Shown here one piece after another: positions 4,600-4,996 of a DNA stretch of 4,996 nt. Location of the stretch: NCBI RefSeq assembly GCF_055900595.2, contig NZ_JBVWEU010000010.1. The stretch is one strand, 5' to 3'. A program made the translations under genes and the position numbers. The notes beneath the pieces are model-generated. The model saw only the letters and a list, made by a program, of their open reading frames with translations. It was not told the DNA's origin and searched no databases. Position 1 is the first letter of the stretch. Each line of letters begins with the position of its first letter. The stretch is from a plasmid.

Positions 4600-4996
4600 C
4601 AGTGTAGGGATGTTCTCTCTTCCGCTTCCTCGCTCACTGACTCGCTACGCTCGGTCGTTCGGCTGCGGCGAGCGGCAGGAGCATACGTTATGAAAGCTCG
4701 AGAAAACCGAGCGATCATGTAATTAAGCAAAGGGCAACGAAAGGCCGCGCCGCTGGCGTTTTTCCATAGGCTCCGCCCCCCTGACGAGCATCACAAAAAT
4801 TGACGCTCAAGTCAGAGGTGGCGAAACCCGACAGGACTATAAAGATACCAGGCGTTTCCCCCTGGAAGCTCCCTCGTGCGCTCTCCTGTTCCGACCCTGC
4901 CGTTTACCGGTGTCATTCCGCTGTTATGGCCGCGTTTGTCTCATTCCACGCCTGACACTCAGTTCCGGGTAGGCAGTTCGCTCCAAGCTGGACTGT
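4600..4996. other. ColE1-type origin of replication region (RNA II 3' domain, primer RNA-DNA transition, conserved origin-proximal hairpin region); continues at 1-330
   Basis: Near-identity by eye to pMB1 over cttccgcttcctcgctcactgactcgct.cgctcggtcgttcggctgcggcgagcgg and ggccgcg..gctggcgtttttccataggctccgcccccctgacgagcatcacaaaaat.gacgctcaagtcagaggtggcgaaacccgacaggactataaagataccaggcgtttccccctggaagctccctcgtgcgctctcctgttccgaccctgcc. The RNA-DNA switch is expected near 4735-4745 (inference, not mapped). Confidence 0.85.
4738..4996 (-). ncRNA. RNA II replication primer precursor, 3' portion up to the origin
   Basis: Continuation of the minus-strand RNA II from position 1 across the circular junction; the 3' boundary is approximate and placed by analogy with pMB1, where the primer ends near the ggccgcg..gctggcgttttt motif. 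Confidence 0.65.

Noticed and set aside
4275-4722. Three overlapping plus-strand ORFs (74, 67 and 95 aa) across rop and the origin-proximal region
   Set aside because: Antisense to rop, a confidently identified gene, or lying in conserved ori sequence; Ser/Arg-rich low-complexity translations.
1-4996. Engineered cloning vector
   Set aside because: Six-cutter restriction sites are scattered rather than clustered in a polylinker, there is no selectable marker, lacZ-alpha or reporter, and the ori differs from pMB1-derived vector origins at many positions.

Overview
This 4,996-bp window reads as one complete small ColE1-type cryptic plasmid, linearised inside its own origin: the last bases (...ctccaagctggactgt) run straight into the first (atgcacgaaccccc...) when compared with the pMB1/ColE1 ori as I remember it. 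Backbone: RNA II (minus strand, split across the window ends), antisense RNA I (plus, ~176-280), and rop (4384-4575, minus) translationally coupled to an HTH/coiled-coil DNA-binding protein gene (3983-4384, minus). No relaxase, Rep protein, resistance gene or bacteriocin gene is visible. Accessory content: (i) a visibly AT-rich block (~330-2730) with an orphan ParA/MinD-family P-loop ATPase carrying a C-terminal extension (496-1554), a convergent small acidic protein gene (1584-1841) and a 143-aa unknown protein (2259-2690); (ii) a ~0.5-kb cassette holding a 134-aa unknown protein, bounded by two directly repeated 28-bp XerC/XerD-type (cer/dif-like) sites (2728-2755, 3246-3273); (iii) a ~190-bp noncoding array of twelve GAGTC motifs with tandem 12-bp repeats and a 27-bp perfect palindrome (3595-3783). 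These three are the parts most worth follow-up. None of the unknown proteins could be given a function from sequence alone, and all homology statements are from memory, not from a search.
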